A DNA stretch of 64,000 nucleotides from Ramazzottius varieornatus (taxonomy: Eukaryota; Animalia; Tardigrada). The translations under genes were made by a program, and so were the position numbers. The notes under the pieces are model-generated. The model did not search any database, had not been told where the DNA came from, and worked only from the letters and a program-made list of their open reading frames with translations. Shown in pieces: positions 23,504-37,745 of this stretch (position 1 is the stretch's first letter; the number at the start of each line of letters is the position of its first letter). Where the stretch lies: the NCBI GenBank assembly GCA_001949185.1, contig BDGG01000003.1:1098984-1162983 (forward strand). Reading direction: 5' to 3'.

Positions 23504-24043
23504 CGCGAACTTGAAACATTAGAATTCGGAGTTAGTCGATCGAGAATGTGATGCCTAGCGCGGACTTCTTCGTCGAACGAAGGTCGAGTAAAAATTCTTT
23601 CGCGTGGTCGACGAACCAAGTTCAGGTGGGAGAGCGAACGCGCAAATCTTTCTTCACTATATGATGTCTTCCGTAAGCTTTTGTGTAAGCGAGCGGAAAA
23701 GTGGCGCATGACCATCTGTTTCTTTCGAACAGTGTTTGGCACTATCGACATTATCGACAGTGATATCAGTCCATAATTTACTGATCGCCAACGAACGTGT
23801 GCATTCAACCGCGACCTCAATACTCATATTAATTGTTCAAGGCGCAGGTCTGCGATCAAAGCTGTAACACAGGCGGACTATGACAGTTTGTCAGTGTGAA
23901 GAAACTTCATCAGCACTGGAAAATATATTCTATGGTGAGCAAGTGAGTAATGGACAATTAAGTCTCTATAAAAGTTCAGTCAAAACAGCTCGAGATAAAA
24001 GACTGAAATATCGAAACTGGGTTAAACTGGAAACTCGACACTC

Positions 24044-25323
24044 TTATTTTCCAATGAATTTCGGTTTTCGTTTTTCTTTGAAGGCCAGAAGCCCCTCACG
24101 CCGATCCTGCGTTGGGGTAATTTGAGCGTAGAACTTTTGTTCCATGAGGAGGCCTTCCTCCAGGCTCCTTTCGATGCCATGGTTTATGGCCATCTTTGCC
24201 ATACGGACTGCTACCGGTCCATTACTGTTTATCCGGTCAGCCAGAGCTAGCGACCGCTGAAAGGCAGCATCGCCGTTGGCGTTCTGCTCTACGACCTCGT
24301 TCACTACACCTAGGTCCTTTGCTTGATGACCATCGAATGCTGTTCCGGTGAAAATCAGCTCTTTCGCGTTCGATACGCCGATCAAACGTGGAAGGTACTG
24401 TGTCCCGCCAGCACCTGTACGATCAAGAAAGAGAAACCCATTGTGAACACGTCTTCTCATTAGGTCAGAAATAAAACCTGGTAAAACCGAAGGGTACAAA
24501 AACAAGCTGTGTAAACAGCGTCAAGTCTGAACGGCGCAAACCACGTGGATGGCGTCAGGAAGCCAACAGGAAACCTCGGTATACTTCCTGACGACATATA
24601 CGCCACGTTTACAACAACCCCCCCCCCTTGTAGCATACATCATGCGTTGATTGGAATTGCGGTTTACAAGTTGATTGACCGGATATTCCACCGCTGATCT
24701 CTCCGGTGCTTCAAAGTTCAGAACTTCATACCGGGAATGATCCCAAGCGTTGTTTCTACCAGTCCCATCTTGGCAGAGGAGCTAGCTATGCGGATATCGC
24801 AAGCCAGGGCCATCTCTAAGCCTCCACCGAGAGCAGCGCCGTCCAAAGCTGCGATGGTCGGCACAGGGAATTTAACCAAGTCAGCCGTCATTCTCCTCAG
24901 CGTCGCCACGAATGGATCCACTTCTGCATCGGTCATCTTCGCTCGTTCTTTCAGGTCAGCACCTGCGCAGAACACTCCCGCGACTGTACTACGAATAACC
25001 AGCACGCGCAGGTCGGCATTCTTTGCTTGGGCCTCAATGAATTGCGTGAAGAGATGAACGAGATTCTTGCTCAGAGCGTTCCGGGCTGAAGGACGATTCA
25101 GGGATAAAATACCGATGCCCTGACGTGCTTCCGTAAGTAACTCCACCGTGACGTCGTCTCCTACTTTCGGCTCAGGTTCCGGAATTTTCTGAGTGGCATA
25201 ATTTCGCAGAGGGCAAGGAAGGAACGTTTTAACACCTGGCGCGCCTCTCTCGTTCCCGAAGGCGGCGATATTCCAGCTTGAACTTCCCAATAGACTTCTT
25301 CTCAGCACTTGTCCCACACTCAT
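24044..25323 (-). CDS. AUH: Methylglutaconyl-CoA hydratase, mitochondrial (crotonase family), 2 exons
   Basis: LNRPSARNALS, FCAGADLKERAKM, ALGGGLEMALACDIR, MGLVET.LGIIPG|AGGTQ.LPRLIG, DRREGLLAFKEKR.P. Intron 24415-24731; N-terminal transit-peptide-like sequence. Confidence 0.93.
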
Positions 25324-25806
25324 CCTAAAAGGCAAGGTGAAGACTTATTACCTATCTTAGCTGTGACGTCCTGCTGGGAAAGCAAAAATTCATGCAGGCT
25401 GCACTGTTGCAGGGGAGGAAATAAAGGCTTATAACGAAGCTGGAAGAAATGTTCACGACGATTTTTCGTCGTTGATTGATTGAACACAAACAAAAGCGCG
25501 AACAGCTGAGCGATGACGTCATCGCGAACTACTTTGGTTTGGTTTGATTGATGTGTTGGACCACGAACCGAAAGTTCAATCAACAATCAAACACAGTCAA
25601 GTTGATTATTCGCTCTGACTGCCAGAAATCCGGATGCTCAGCGCCTCCCGACCTGTGTCCGAACTCCAAACTCAGAGTGGACCTTCATAGTTATAGCGGA
25701 ATTGACGTATACCATGCATGACACCGGTTATAGGTTTCTGGGGTTTATTCTTGGAAGCAGTTATAACAAGAAAACAAAAAGTATCACCGAGAAAGTGAGT
25801 TCACAA

Positions 25807-28622
25807 TCACAAGTAAGACCGTACAAACTCCGACGCGGTTCGGAAGTCGCTTCGCAGTCGCAGGAAGGCCGTAATAGGTTCCTTCTGTTTCACCATGGCA
25901 AAAACCTTACCGCACATTTCCAACAGATTCTCCGGCTGGGCCACTAAAAGATTACACAGGGACAACAACTGATCGAATATTTCCACGACGCTGTACACTT
26001 TCATCGATCTGACACATTCGCGATACTCATTCACATCACAAATCAAAATCATAACACCGTCAGAAGTGTAAGGAAGCTCTTGGAGGCGGTCGAAGATTTC
26101 TCGATGGAACTGGAAGCCCATTTCCAAAAAAACATTCTGCCGGTTCGCTCCGTCTACCGAAACCTCGATCTGCCTGACTATTTTCGTGAAGTACTGGGCG
26201 ATCTTTCTGGCGGTGTTCGTCGTGGCGAAACTGTGTCGGGTCTCGGCATATTCCGTCTTCCTTTGCTGCTGCAGAAGAACGTGGATCCAGTTCATGGCCG
26301 AGTTCAAGCAATGTTCCATTCCGATACTGCATTTTCGCTCGAGACGTTCGCGCGCTTCCCGTATCTGCTCACGAAACTTCTGCTGTTGCAAAGTGTACCG
26401 AGATAGACCTGAAATAAAAACATGTCGGTTAGTACAGCGGTAGAAGCGTGTCCGACGAATCGTCAAGTACATGCATTCAGAGAAGCTATGCTTCATAACC
26501 TATCGGCTGCATGCAGGTGTCTGACGCTTCTACCTTTGAGTGATTCTTCCAGTTGGCGCACCGTCAAATTGTGCATGACGGTACTTTGGTGAATCAGACC
26601 GAAGAACTGTGTGCTCGGCTCGGACTTTGGCTCCAAAGGTGGAAGAATATTGATGCCAATCTCCAGTCCATAGTCGACATGGATGAGCAGGACTTGTGTG
26701 ATGACAACCTGGCCAAGATGGAAGAGGCATCCGGCCTGCTGATCCTCAGGCGCCAAGGCGGAAGCGCGCGAAGCAGACTGACGAAGCTCGTGCAGGATAT
26801 TCAGCGCCAGGGACTCACTGAGAATCTTGTTCTCCACTGATATTGCTGGATTTTCCTGTAACACGAAAGAGAAAAATTCAATTGAATCGTTACAAAAGAA
26901 GCTTCGTTCAACCTGAAGCGCGCCACACAACACGCAGCAGGCACGCATATGCGACGAGCACATACATGCACTTCCGGGTAAACTCTAACAGCCGAAATTT
27001 TACCGTTCGAAAATCCATTCCCTCCGAGAAACATCCTCCAAAAATTTTCGAAAGCGAAAACTAACCTTCAGGAAGTCACTTATAGTAGAAGGAATAGTCT
27101 TGGCCGCCATGACGTTAAAGAAATCCTTCTTCTCCGAAAGGACTTGAATGGGACCAAGAGGCTTGACCAAGTTCCATTCGGAGAAGATCGCGTCGTAATA
27201 CTGCTGCACCATTCCCCCACAACGTCCTCTCAAGAAATTACATTCAGTCTGAACATAGGAAGAGATGTATGGCTCAAACACAGCTCGCATGGCTTTGTCG
27301 AAACGGAACTGCTTGTACTTCTCCATCAGTTTACTCTCCAACGCCTTCGCTTTCTTGCTCAACTCGTACAAGTCCCTCAGGTAGCTTTCCCTTCCTTCTT
27401 GCTGTCCTTTCCCTTCCAGTTTCTGCTTGACGTATACCTGTAGTTTCTCTTGAATAACGTAGAGAAGAAACTTCTCCATGATGGCATCAGGTGAAGGGAA
27501 GATGTCTTCGATCAACTTCCAGGTCACATCACACAAGTGGTCGATTGATTGGAAAATGTCAATAGTGCTTGACTGGTACGAATATGACGGACCGGAAAAC
27601 GTCTGAATGTTTATCGTGTCTGCGCTTCTCTGAATAAAGTTCGCCACACACTGCGACTGTCCTGCTGGGAAGTTCTGTAGAACGAGAGCAGCTCGTTTCA
27701 TGGTGGTAAGGTCAATGGGACGTTCCCGATGAGCGTTGATGAAGAGGTTGATGAGGTCGTTTTGTAGCTGGCTGTACAGCTCGAAGATGCGATCGCGGGC
27801 TTTACTGTATATTTTGTCTTCAGCTGTGCCCATGTCTTTTGCGATTCGGTAGAGGCGGAGAATAGTACTTGCTGCCTGCTGGAAATCTTCAATGGTTTTC
27901 CGCGGCTTCGTCAGTTCAGGGAAGGTGAATTCTTGAACGGAATCTTGGTTTAGTTCCATGAAGTGCGTCAGAATCTTCCGAGCTTCTTTCAGCCTTTCTT
28001 GAGGTTCGCTCACCGCATTTATGCTGTCACTTAACGTGTAGATCCTCCGAGCTAAGTCGCTGACGTCCTTCTCGAAATTCTCAACCTGTAACAAGCACAA
28101 TAATGTTCGCCTTCCGACGAGGACACATTTGCAAGCACCCAGATGGAGCAGCCTGTGACGTCACGGGTAAAGCGAAAAGTTACACAGGATTACCTTCATA
28201 CCTGACGTCATGGGCACTATACTACAATATTTCACCTGTATCATATTCTGCTCAGTTTGCTCCAGTCGCTCCGTCAGATTCTTCACTGTCTGTTTCTCAG
28301 TCTTCACAAGCGCTGCTTCCGCTTGAGCGAACTTGTCCCCAAACTTCTTGTTCATCATGACCAAAGAGTCGAAAAGATCGTTGAAACTTTGGAGGAGACG
28401 TTCAGGGTCGAAACAAGCACGGCCTTTGGAGGCGTCGTTCAGATTTCCGTTCCGTTTCGAGTCAGCTAAATTCATCAGCTGGGCTCCATCCCCGCTTCCG
28501 TTCCCACGAGTCAAACCCATGTTGCGCTGGATGAAGGACTCCAGATACTCGTCCGCGTTGAAGTTTGAATCCTGAACTTCATGCCGTAGATCGCCGATGT
28601 CCGCTAGCGCTGAAGTCAGCAT
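25807..28622 (-). CDS. EXOC5: Exocyst complex component 5 (Sec10), multi-exon
   Basis: N-terminal FNADEYLESF; C-terminal DGANRQNVFLEMGFQFHR..GVMILICDVNEYREC..LCNLLVAQPENL..FLRLRSDF matches the Sec10 pattern. Four exons with GT-AG introns. Confidence 0.88.
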
Positions 28623-29114
28623 CTTGACACAAAGATATCAGATCAGCAACAGTACACGCAGCTATCGAATTTGCCGGATAATCATCAGTACTCTGTCAAT
28701 ACTACTCCTCACTTAGAACTTTGAACGTTAGTCGGGAACAGCGACGGCTATACAAATTTTTTCTCCGACAGCTAATATTACTAAAGACAGCTAGTATGAC
28801 TAAAATATGATCCGTCGATGACGTAAATTTTAAAGTGGAGCGGAAGTACGATGACGTAGACAGGCAGCGAAAATTCATTTTCTCAATTTTCGCATTTTGA
28901 CTTTCTCCAAATGCTAAAAATCTGTTGGCCCACGTCACGCAACTCAAAACTATCGTTCAATGGTACAAGGGAGGTGGTTCCGATGAGACCACTCAGACTC
29001 CCGCACCCTCGACCGGCTCTGACGTTCATCTGAACGACTTACAAAGCGGCCAGTGCGTTATGTCGAGTTGTCGACCAACGAAGAACTAGCAGATAACATC
29101 AAGCACGTACTGGA

Positions 29115-30290
29115 GAGGGGGGGGGGCAGCAACTCTGCAATTGCGGAACTTTTCGGTTTTAAAAATTGCGGATCTGCAATTTTTTGAGACAGGCTTTGAG
29201 AAAATTGCAGATCTGCAATTCCGGAGAAGGTGTTTTCCAGAAATTGCAGGTCCGCAATTTCTGAAATTTTTTTGGATTACAGGAGGCGAAGGTGGGTGAC
29301 TCCGAAGGGGTGACAGAGCTGAATTTACATTACGCTCATGCGCGAAGTACAGTAACTCCACGAACTGCGCTATGCACTTGCTTTGTAATTTGTATGGTTC
29401 CCGTACTCGCAAGTCGGAAATACTCGCAGACTACGTGTTCGTGTGGGATGATTACGGGCTGTTTTGAACGGCTTTGAAAAACTATGGACCAAAGTTTAGG
29501 GCATCGCAACCCTATACTTATTCCGAACAAGTCCGCATACGACTTCCTCGTCAAATTATCGGTTCAACACCACGAATAAATATCATTTGAATATAACGGA
29601 AATTGCCCCCATCAATTTNNNNNNNNNNNNNNNNNNNNNNNNNNNNNNNNNNNNNNNNNNNNNNNNNNNNNNNNNNNNNNNNNNNNNNNNNNNNNNNNNN
29701 NNNNNNNNNNNNNNNNNNNNNNNNNNNNNNNNNNNNNNNNNNNNNNNNNNNNNNNNNNNNNNNNNNNNNNNNNNNNNNNNNNNNNNNNNNNNNNNNNNNN
29801 NNNNNNNNNNNNNNNNNNNNNNNNNNNNNNNNNNNNNNNNNNNNNNNNNNNNNNNNNNNNNNNNNNNNNNNNNNNNNNNNNNNNNNNNNNNNNNNNNNNN
29901 NNNNNNNNNNNNNNNNNNNNNNNNNNNNNNNNNNNNNNNNNNNNNNTAAAAATATCTTAGCCGCGGCTAAAGCAGCCAAAATACTTCTAGCCACGCCTAA
30001 AATGTATTGTGCGTTCGATTGATTTATTGATGTTGAGTCGGCTAAAATAGTTTTGGCATCAATAAATCATTCGAACGCACAATAGATTCAGCCACGGCTA
30101 AGAACGGCCAAAACGGCTAATTTTAGCTTCGTCGAGCCTTCTATAATTTCAATGAATCCAGCGAAAAAATATTGCAGGTCTGCAGTTTTCCGAACTTTCG
30201 ACAAAATTTATTGCGGATGTGCAATCTGAGCAGTATCGTTCAAAAAAATTTGCGGATCTGCACAGTTTGCGATAGCGTTCCACCAACCTC
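29115..30290. repeat. Probable non-autonomous element with palindromic TTGCRGATCTGCAA subterminal repeats, spanning an assembly gap
   Basis: Clusters of this motif at about 29135-29265 and 30170-30270; TAGCC/GGCTA repeats at 29955-30130; Ns at 29619-29946. Confidence 0.4.
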
Positions 30291-31149
30291 AATACGTCCT
30301 TGGATGACACGGAGTCTTTTGATGTTGCCGACATCGGTTCTTTTTTACCTGAAGATTGATCGAACTAATATTTCAGTTCTACACTTAATTCTTATTAACA
30401 CCTTCCATCTGTACAAAGTCATATCGATGAGTTCATTGTGATGCCCGAATGCAGAACACATCTAGGTCGGTTTTTTCCCGGGGGCTTTCTTGTCTGCGTT
30501 CTTCCACAAAAAAAGTTTCTGTTGCGTTTTGTGAGTATGCGGCGCAGAAAGTTCCCAAATAAAGGCCAAAACGCAATCTGGAATTTACGGTACCTTGCGT
30601 CATCAGGTTTTACCTGTGTTTAAAGTTTACGTCATTCATAGGTCTCGCTCCATGAAGGAGCCACGGTGCGTCGAATAGGCGTAAACTTGAACCTCACTGG
30701 AGAAACAGAACCCTAGCCAGGTCCGCCGGGTGCTTGTCACGTGTGCGTCATACAAGGACGAATCGCAGCTTCGCAAAGCACTTCGTACGCATTCTGATTT
30801 TGCTGTGCACGTGCACCAGCGCACCGTTAGTCACTCAATCAAGCACTGACGGTGCTTCACAAGGCGAGAAAGTGATATATCCACCTGCATTTCGCGTGCC
30901 TCTTTGGTGTCAGTTATCATTCAAATTACCAATATTTCGGATTTCAATTTTACATTGAAATATCTTCTCGTTCTTGGAATTCAAATTCAAATCCGATTAA
31001 AATCGAAATGACCAACCCAGAATTTGCAATTTGGATTGTTATATCGGAATTCCAAAACCGTCAAATTTTGGCCATTTTCAACCACGAATTACAGTAATCT
31101 GAACAACACTGACCGCTCCGGAACAAGAGCGAACCCCTATCTTACACTA

Positions 31150-31428
31150 CGGTGGACGGATGATTTTCTCAGCGAATTACTGAAAACACGGAACGGCGCA
31201 ACATCACCGAGTACAGCCTAACTCAGGAACGGCAATCAGTCGATCAATATTCTTCATATGAAAAATACCATTCCGAATGTCCTTCGAACACTGGGTCTCC
31301 TGTTCATCAGGGTATTAATAGAATCTGCGCACTGATGACAAAATTGGCCGTTATAATTGTTCATGCCAGGTCATACGTGACAGGTTAGAAAATCTCGATA
31401 TTAGGCTGAGAAAATCATCCGTCCACCG
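31150..31428. mobile_element. MITE (Tc1/mariner-like)
   Basis: Perfect 24-bp TIR CGGTGGACGGATGATTTTCTCAGC; TA on the left flank only. Confidence 0.75.
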
Positions 31429-31729
31429 CTGACCTAGAGGACAAGAAGTAGTGTACCAATCTTTATTTTTCTAACGCTGTACGGATACCGCTTCAACATT
31501 CGTTACGGGATCACGTAAACGATATGTGCGAAAAACTAGTGTTGTCGGAGTTCAAAAATGGTCGATAGCTACAAATCCAAGATATCAGGTGGAAGATAGT
31601 CATCACACCAAAAGACAAAAGCGTACAACGACATTGGTCCTAGCGATGCGAGAACAGAGTCAGAAAGATCCTTGTGAGAAAAGTGACTCAGGAAGTACAG
31701 TATCATGCCACTACCGGCTTACGCCATGA

Positions 31730-34700
31730 TTATGTCATTTCGAAATCTAAGCTTTCCTGATCCCCAGGTTTCTGCAACGCTGAATCAGATTGCTCGTCCA
31801 TGGCTTGCTGCTTGTACTGATGATCCTTATTATACTGCTCGTATGGTGCATCCAGATTGGTATAATACTCTGCCACATCACTCGTTATCAAGGTATCCAG
31901 TCTATCTTTCAGGCCTTTGAATGTCGGCGAGGGCGCGTCCGGTGATAGCGACCAGCAGTCCTTCATCAGCTGATACCTGACAACAACCTCTCGATTATAT
32001 TATTTCAACCAGGGCTGAAACAAAACCAGGACTTACAGATCGTCGGGACAGAAGTCAGGTTTTTGCAAGTGCGCTCCTTCAATTACTTCCTGAACGAATT
32101 TCTCTATATCCCCACCAATCTTTCGGTCTCCATACGGGAGTTCACCCAGCGCAAACATCTCCCACAACACCACCCCATACGACCACACATCGGTGCTTTG
32201 GTTGAACGTCTTGTTGAGAATTGCCGTGGGCGACATCCAGCGTATTGGTAGCGGAATACTCCCGTCTTGCAGCAGGTACTCCCCTTCGTGCCGGGCCATG
32301 CCGAAATCGGAGATTTTAACAATCTTCCCTTTGTCAACCAGGATATTCCGCGCAGCGAGGTCTCGGTGCACAATTGGTCGTGAAGCCAAGTATTCCATGC
32401 CACGTGCTATTTGGTACGCAAAGTTAATAAGGTCTCTCGTCGAAAGTAACGCTTGGTCGTAGGTGTTAGCTTTCAGTTTTCCGTACTGGTTGTTACTCTG
32501 CGTCTCGTACTTTGCTTTATCGAATAAAAGGAGGTTTCCTTCCGAATCGACGTGGTTGAAGTAAAAGGGCGGACGGTGTTCGCGGAGGTACCCAAGAAGC
32601 GAGCCGTATTGACAGTATTCCAAAAGCAGAGAAGGTCTGCCGATGGTGACTACTCCGAGCAGGTTTACAATGTTCAGATGGTGCCCGCATTTTGCCAGGA
32701 CATCCAGCTCTTTGAAGAAGGCCTTATCTGCACTGGAGTCCTCTTCAGTAGAGAGTAACGTTTTGATTGCCACCACGGTGGGACCGCTTTTTCCGTATAG
32801 TCCGGTGGCGGTCCCTTTGAACACGATGCCATGCTCTCCTCGTCCCAAAATCGTATCACCTATAAAAACCATTTCCATTAATATTTGATGATGCTGTACC
32901 GAACAGGTTCGGGACCCATTTGGGACCAAGGCAAACACACTCACCATAATCGTTTGTCGCAAGTGGCGCACCATGCTCGTTTTATTAGCTTCAAGAGTGC
33001 GCCACTTTGAAGAACGCACTTGTCGAGTTTGTTTGACCAGCTCCTGTTTAGCATTATGTCAAACTTACTTCGCGAAAGATTTTCAGGCGGAATACGGTAA
33101 ATATCCGCACTCGATGGTATCGGTATAACCCGAGTTAAATAGGCGTTCTCCGCTGTCAGTGAGCGTCGCAGCGACAAGTTGTCCCTGCTCTTCCACCCTA
33201 GCCGTTCTTTTTCTCGACGCTTCTTCATGATCATGAAACACAAAGCAATCACCAGCAGCAGCGTGATTCCCAGAAGACCAAACACTACTCCGTACTTCCA
33301 CCCCGACCAGCCGTAATAAGCATGGATTTGCTCAATTTCACCGAAATCCACCAGCTGTCGAACACTAACGGATTCGATCATGAGCTGACTGGTCTCCAGC
33401 GACTCGTTGTCATCATTGGTCGAGTCGCAAAACAACGTAAAGTAAATAAACATTCGCACATTGGGAATCTTCTTGACATCCGTCACAGTCAACACTTCCT
33501 TGTCGTCCAAGAACCATGTCAATTTCGAAGGCGTCCATGATAAGTTGTACGTGTGAAACGCTCTCGACAAATCGACGCTTTGTGCCAAGGGTTCCTTGGA
33601 CGGTTGAACATCATCAGGTGAAAGCGGGTTGCTGTAAAACAGCTGGACGTGATTGTCCAGTGGTCGACCTGGCTCCTGATTGAGCGAGACCTCGGCAGCG
33701 CAGTCACGGGGACGACCATCGCGCTTTCCGGGCCCACACAGATAGTTTTGTATTCCGACCACGGCGTAAGGTGAATTTTCTTGAGCCGAAGGAAAGCGCG
33801 CTCGGAACGAAAGTTCCCCATAGAGGTAATCAAAGCGGCCGACGCTCTGCAGTGTCACGCGATACTGGGTCTTCTGGCCCGCATCGCCCAGGCATGATAG
33901 CCGCAAGGAATTGTTGACTGTTCTCACCGTATCAGATGACAACTGTGTGAATGTCTTGCTATTATCGACGGTACCGTAGATAAAGTGGTCTCCAAGGAAT
34001 TCCGCAGAGATAGTTTTGGTGAAATCTGCGGAGAGTAGTAGATCGGGTTCCGTGTACGGGTTCTCTTGCCGGACGACGACGTAATCGATTTCGAACACGG
34101 CCGGAAAATGCGTATGTTCATCGGGCCATCCACCACCGCGCCCTGTGGCTATGTACATCGACAGCTCCAGACGCATGAAATCTTGCGCGATGGCTTTTCC
34201 ATCTGTCGTCTCAAATATCTTCACTCCGTCGATGAACCATGTTAAACTGTCGTTCGTCCATACCATGCGGTAATCGTGGAAATCGTTGAAGAGGTTCTGG
34301 CCTGTGATATTTACTGCTTGGTTCACATCGCCTCGGACTGATCTGTTGTCAATGTTGATGTAGAAGTCCGAGCGAACGCTGGCTTCGGTGAACGGAGATA
34401 CGCCGGACAGCTCGACGATATACATTCGCGGGTAGGTATCTTCGATGCTGTCCGTGCAAGACAGAAGGCTACAGCTGTCTCTGACCAGGATGAGCTTGGA
34501 GACGAGGCCTTTCCCATGTGGAGCTCGTAAGCGCGCTTCCACTTCACCGAAACGGAAGCGAAACTTGCCACTGGTTTCAGCCAAAATGTATGTTGTCCGG
34601 TTGCTGCTGACGGATAGCTTGAGGGATCCATCTGCAACACAGACGCCGTCAACTTCGGCGTTGTATCTCGTCTCAGCCGTGCGTAATCTTTCGATGGTAT

Positions 34701-34842
34701 TCCATCGAAATGGTGAGGGTTCTCGTTTTGCTAAGTTAAAATCATCTCGGAATATCTCACGCAGGACATTCGTACCATCGGTATGTATTAGAGCAGGTGA
34801 GTTTACGCAGAGTATCACCAGAACGCATTTGAGGAAATGCAT
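31730..34842 (-). CDS. Receptor tyrosine kinase with tandem GH16-like ectodomain (paralog B)
   Basis: Exons 34842-33069, 32859-32037, 31976-31730, with the same intron positions and phases as paralog A. Signal peptide MHFLKCVLVILCVNS; two GH16-like repeats; TM YGVVFGLLGITLLLVIALCFMIM; kinase GRGEHG, VAIK, HRDLAARN, DFGMAR. Confidence 0.92.
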
Positions 34843-35512
34843 TATGACGAAAGCAAATCTAACTTCACAGAAAAAAATGGCTAGACTGCCACAACTGCTG
34901 TGAGGACTTCTTGTGAGCGTGTTTCGCCACTGGCATTGTTTGTCAAAAAGAGACAATGCCGAGTGTGACGTCAATATACTGTAAATAGTTCAGTTTTGTG
35001 GCCGCAAGTACTTCATCGAACGGTGATGATATCTTTGTCGAGGTTCGGCGAAGAAAGACCGATATCGGCCAGATCAAACAGCCTGGCCACATGCTGATGT
35101 TGAGAATGTTCTGGGTTTTGCCTTTAGCTGACATTTTTTGTTCCCTGTCATGTCAAACATCCGCTTTGTTTTTTATTGCTCAAAAACTCATATGCATATC
35201 AATAGCACAAGACAATAAGAAATACCGCGCCGCAAAAACTGGAAAAAGTGCGCTTATGTGGCACTCAAAACTGCCGCTGCGTAAGTGGTTCTTCGACGGA
35301 CCAAACAAGTGGTTCCTGTCCAAGCTTCTGCAGGTTGAAGGGACCTGGCTTGCCTGTCACTGTCCACACCGTTACCTTTCTCGGGCTTCTTTATGTTACG
35401 ATTGCGGATAACGCTGGGGTCTTGCGTGGAACGCGGAAACCGCTAAATCTTCGGCGATATAGGCAGTCAGCATAATTTCCTCCGGGAAACCCTACCACGT
35501 ACAACATCACAC

Positions 35513-35851
35513 AAAGACCATCGGGGGTTATCGGAGATGCGCAATGAGTTTTGTTGCTCACGAATGGTTAAGTTGCAGGAAAAAATGGTCACCTCTCATC
35601 TTCGAAAAATAAAATAAAAGTGTTACCGAAGGATAAGATATCCGTACAGCGAAATTTTCGACACGGGAACCAGTAATCATACGCTGTACAATAAAGAGGA
35701 GCGCCTGAGCTTCGAATAGGAACTTTAAAGTGGTAGTTTATCCGCCCGCTGCATTTCTACCGCAAACGCTGAGGCAATTCCTCGTGTTTCCTAAGCTTCA
35801 TATCATGCGTTAGAGAATAAGTATTGCATCTCCGATCCACTGGATGTCTTT
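35513..35851. mobile_element. Possible degenerate MITE
   Basis: Imperfect inverted repeats AAAGACCATC..ATCGGAGATGC(GC)AAT and ATTGCATCTCCGAT..GATGTCTTT. Confidence 0.4.
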
Positions 35852-36316
35852 AACCATTACGAAGCGGTGCGGTTCCGTAAGAGCCGTCTGAGCGACCGCC
35901 GTTGGGGTAATTTCCGTTTCCACCCCGATCTCGACGATACCTACGTTTCAACACAGCATAAGGTTTAGGTGAATACCGTATAACAAGCAGCTTCTAACTG
36001 CGATTCGGTGGAAAATACAGTCGGCTGTTTATTTGCAGCTCACTGAAAGATGAACTGTCCGCCTTGTGCGACGACTTACGAGACAACTTTGCCGTTGACG
36101 TGGTAATAGCCATACAATCCGTTGTTGTACTGTCGCTTATCGCGGTGCAGAGCTTTTGCTGCCGGGGCTGCTGACGTCATGGTGGTCAGCAGTAACATAC
36201 AAACAACTGCTATACACAGGGACTTCTGCGAAGAAAACTAATTATGTAACAGAGTTGAAACCAAGGAACGACGTTAGCACCATATTTGAATTTTTAAAAC
36301 GAAGTTAACATACCAT
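35850..36316 (-). CDS. 79-aa secreted peptide precursor (3 exons; absent from the ORF track)
   Basis: Exons 36316-36314 (ATG), 36225-36080, 35940-35850 with GTATGT and GTAAGT donors and AG acceptors, all in phase: MKSLCIAVVCMLLLTTMTSAAPAAKALHRDKR QYNNGLYGYYHVNGKVVSYRRDRGGNGNYPNGGRSDGSYGTAPLRNG*. Confidence 0.75.
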
Positions 36317-36547
36317 GTTTACAGTACAGCCAACAGATATTTTTGAAATCAACAAGTTCACTAAATGATGGGCGTCTTGAGAAAAATGTTAAGCAGACGG
36401 CAAAAAGTTGCAGAGATATGGGGAATCGTTAGGCAATAACACGTGTTCGTGGCTGCGCTGACTGAATTGTCGAACCTTGTGGCCTTGTACTCTGTAGATG
36501 TAAAGCAGCCGTCAAACCTTTGACAAACGTATGACGCGTACGTTCTA

Positions 36548-36711
36548 CAGTGTACGACAAAATAAACTACCAAAAATGGGTGTATGGAGCCAGATGGTTC
36601 CAGCCAATGAAATTTTCGCATACAGCAAGACCTAATTTTCATTGGCTGAGTCGTGAGTAAGCTCCGCTAGGGTGTTGCGCCTATTTTAAGGGTTAATTTT
36701 GTCGTACACTG
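36548..36711. mobile_element. MITE (Tc1-like, 164 bp)
   Basis: TA|CAGTGTACGACAAAAT ... ATTTTGTCGTACACTG|TA. Confidence 0.8.
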
Positions 36712-37086
36712 TAACTGCAATGATCGTGCGTTACTCAGCACACCAGCATATCTTGAGGTAGGGCAAGAAAAAAAGCAACAACAGAACACGTCAATGACAT
36801 GCTGGGACGACATTTAATAGCTTATATTTTTGCATGCGTGGTCAAAGCTGCTAATGAACTGTTTACTGTAAAGTATGTATGCAAGCTCGTTCAATGGAGC
36901 AGGAAAATCAGAAGTATTTGCCAAGAGGGCAGAATGTAATTGTTTGAAAGGGATCCGACTTTCAGAAAGTATGTACCGCTCAGCAGGAAAAAACAGCATG
37001 GAATTTCAAATAACCGTTCTCTGGAAGGGCGTCAATTGTGCTGCATTCTGCCTTCGATTTTTCAACAGCTATCGAAGGTCGGAGAC

Positions 37087-37745
<659 letters not shown>

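Noticed and set aside
29551-30022. ORFs of 120-147 aa
   Set aside because: Artefacts of the N gap at 29619-29946.
32941-34974. 677-aa ORF as a stand-alone protein with upstream start
   Set aside because: The likely start is the ATG at 34842 (signal peptide), and the exon splices at 33069 to the kinase.
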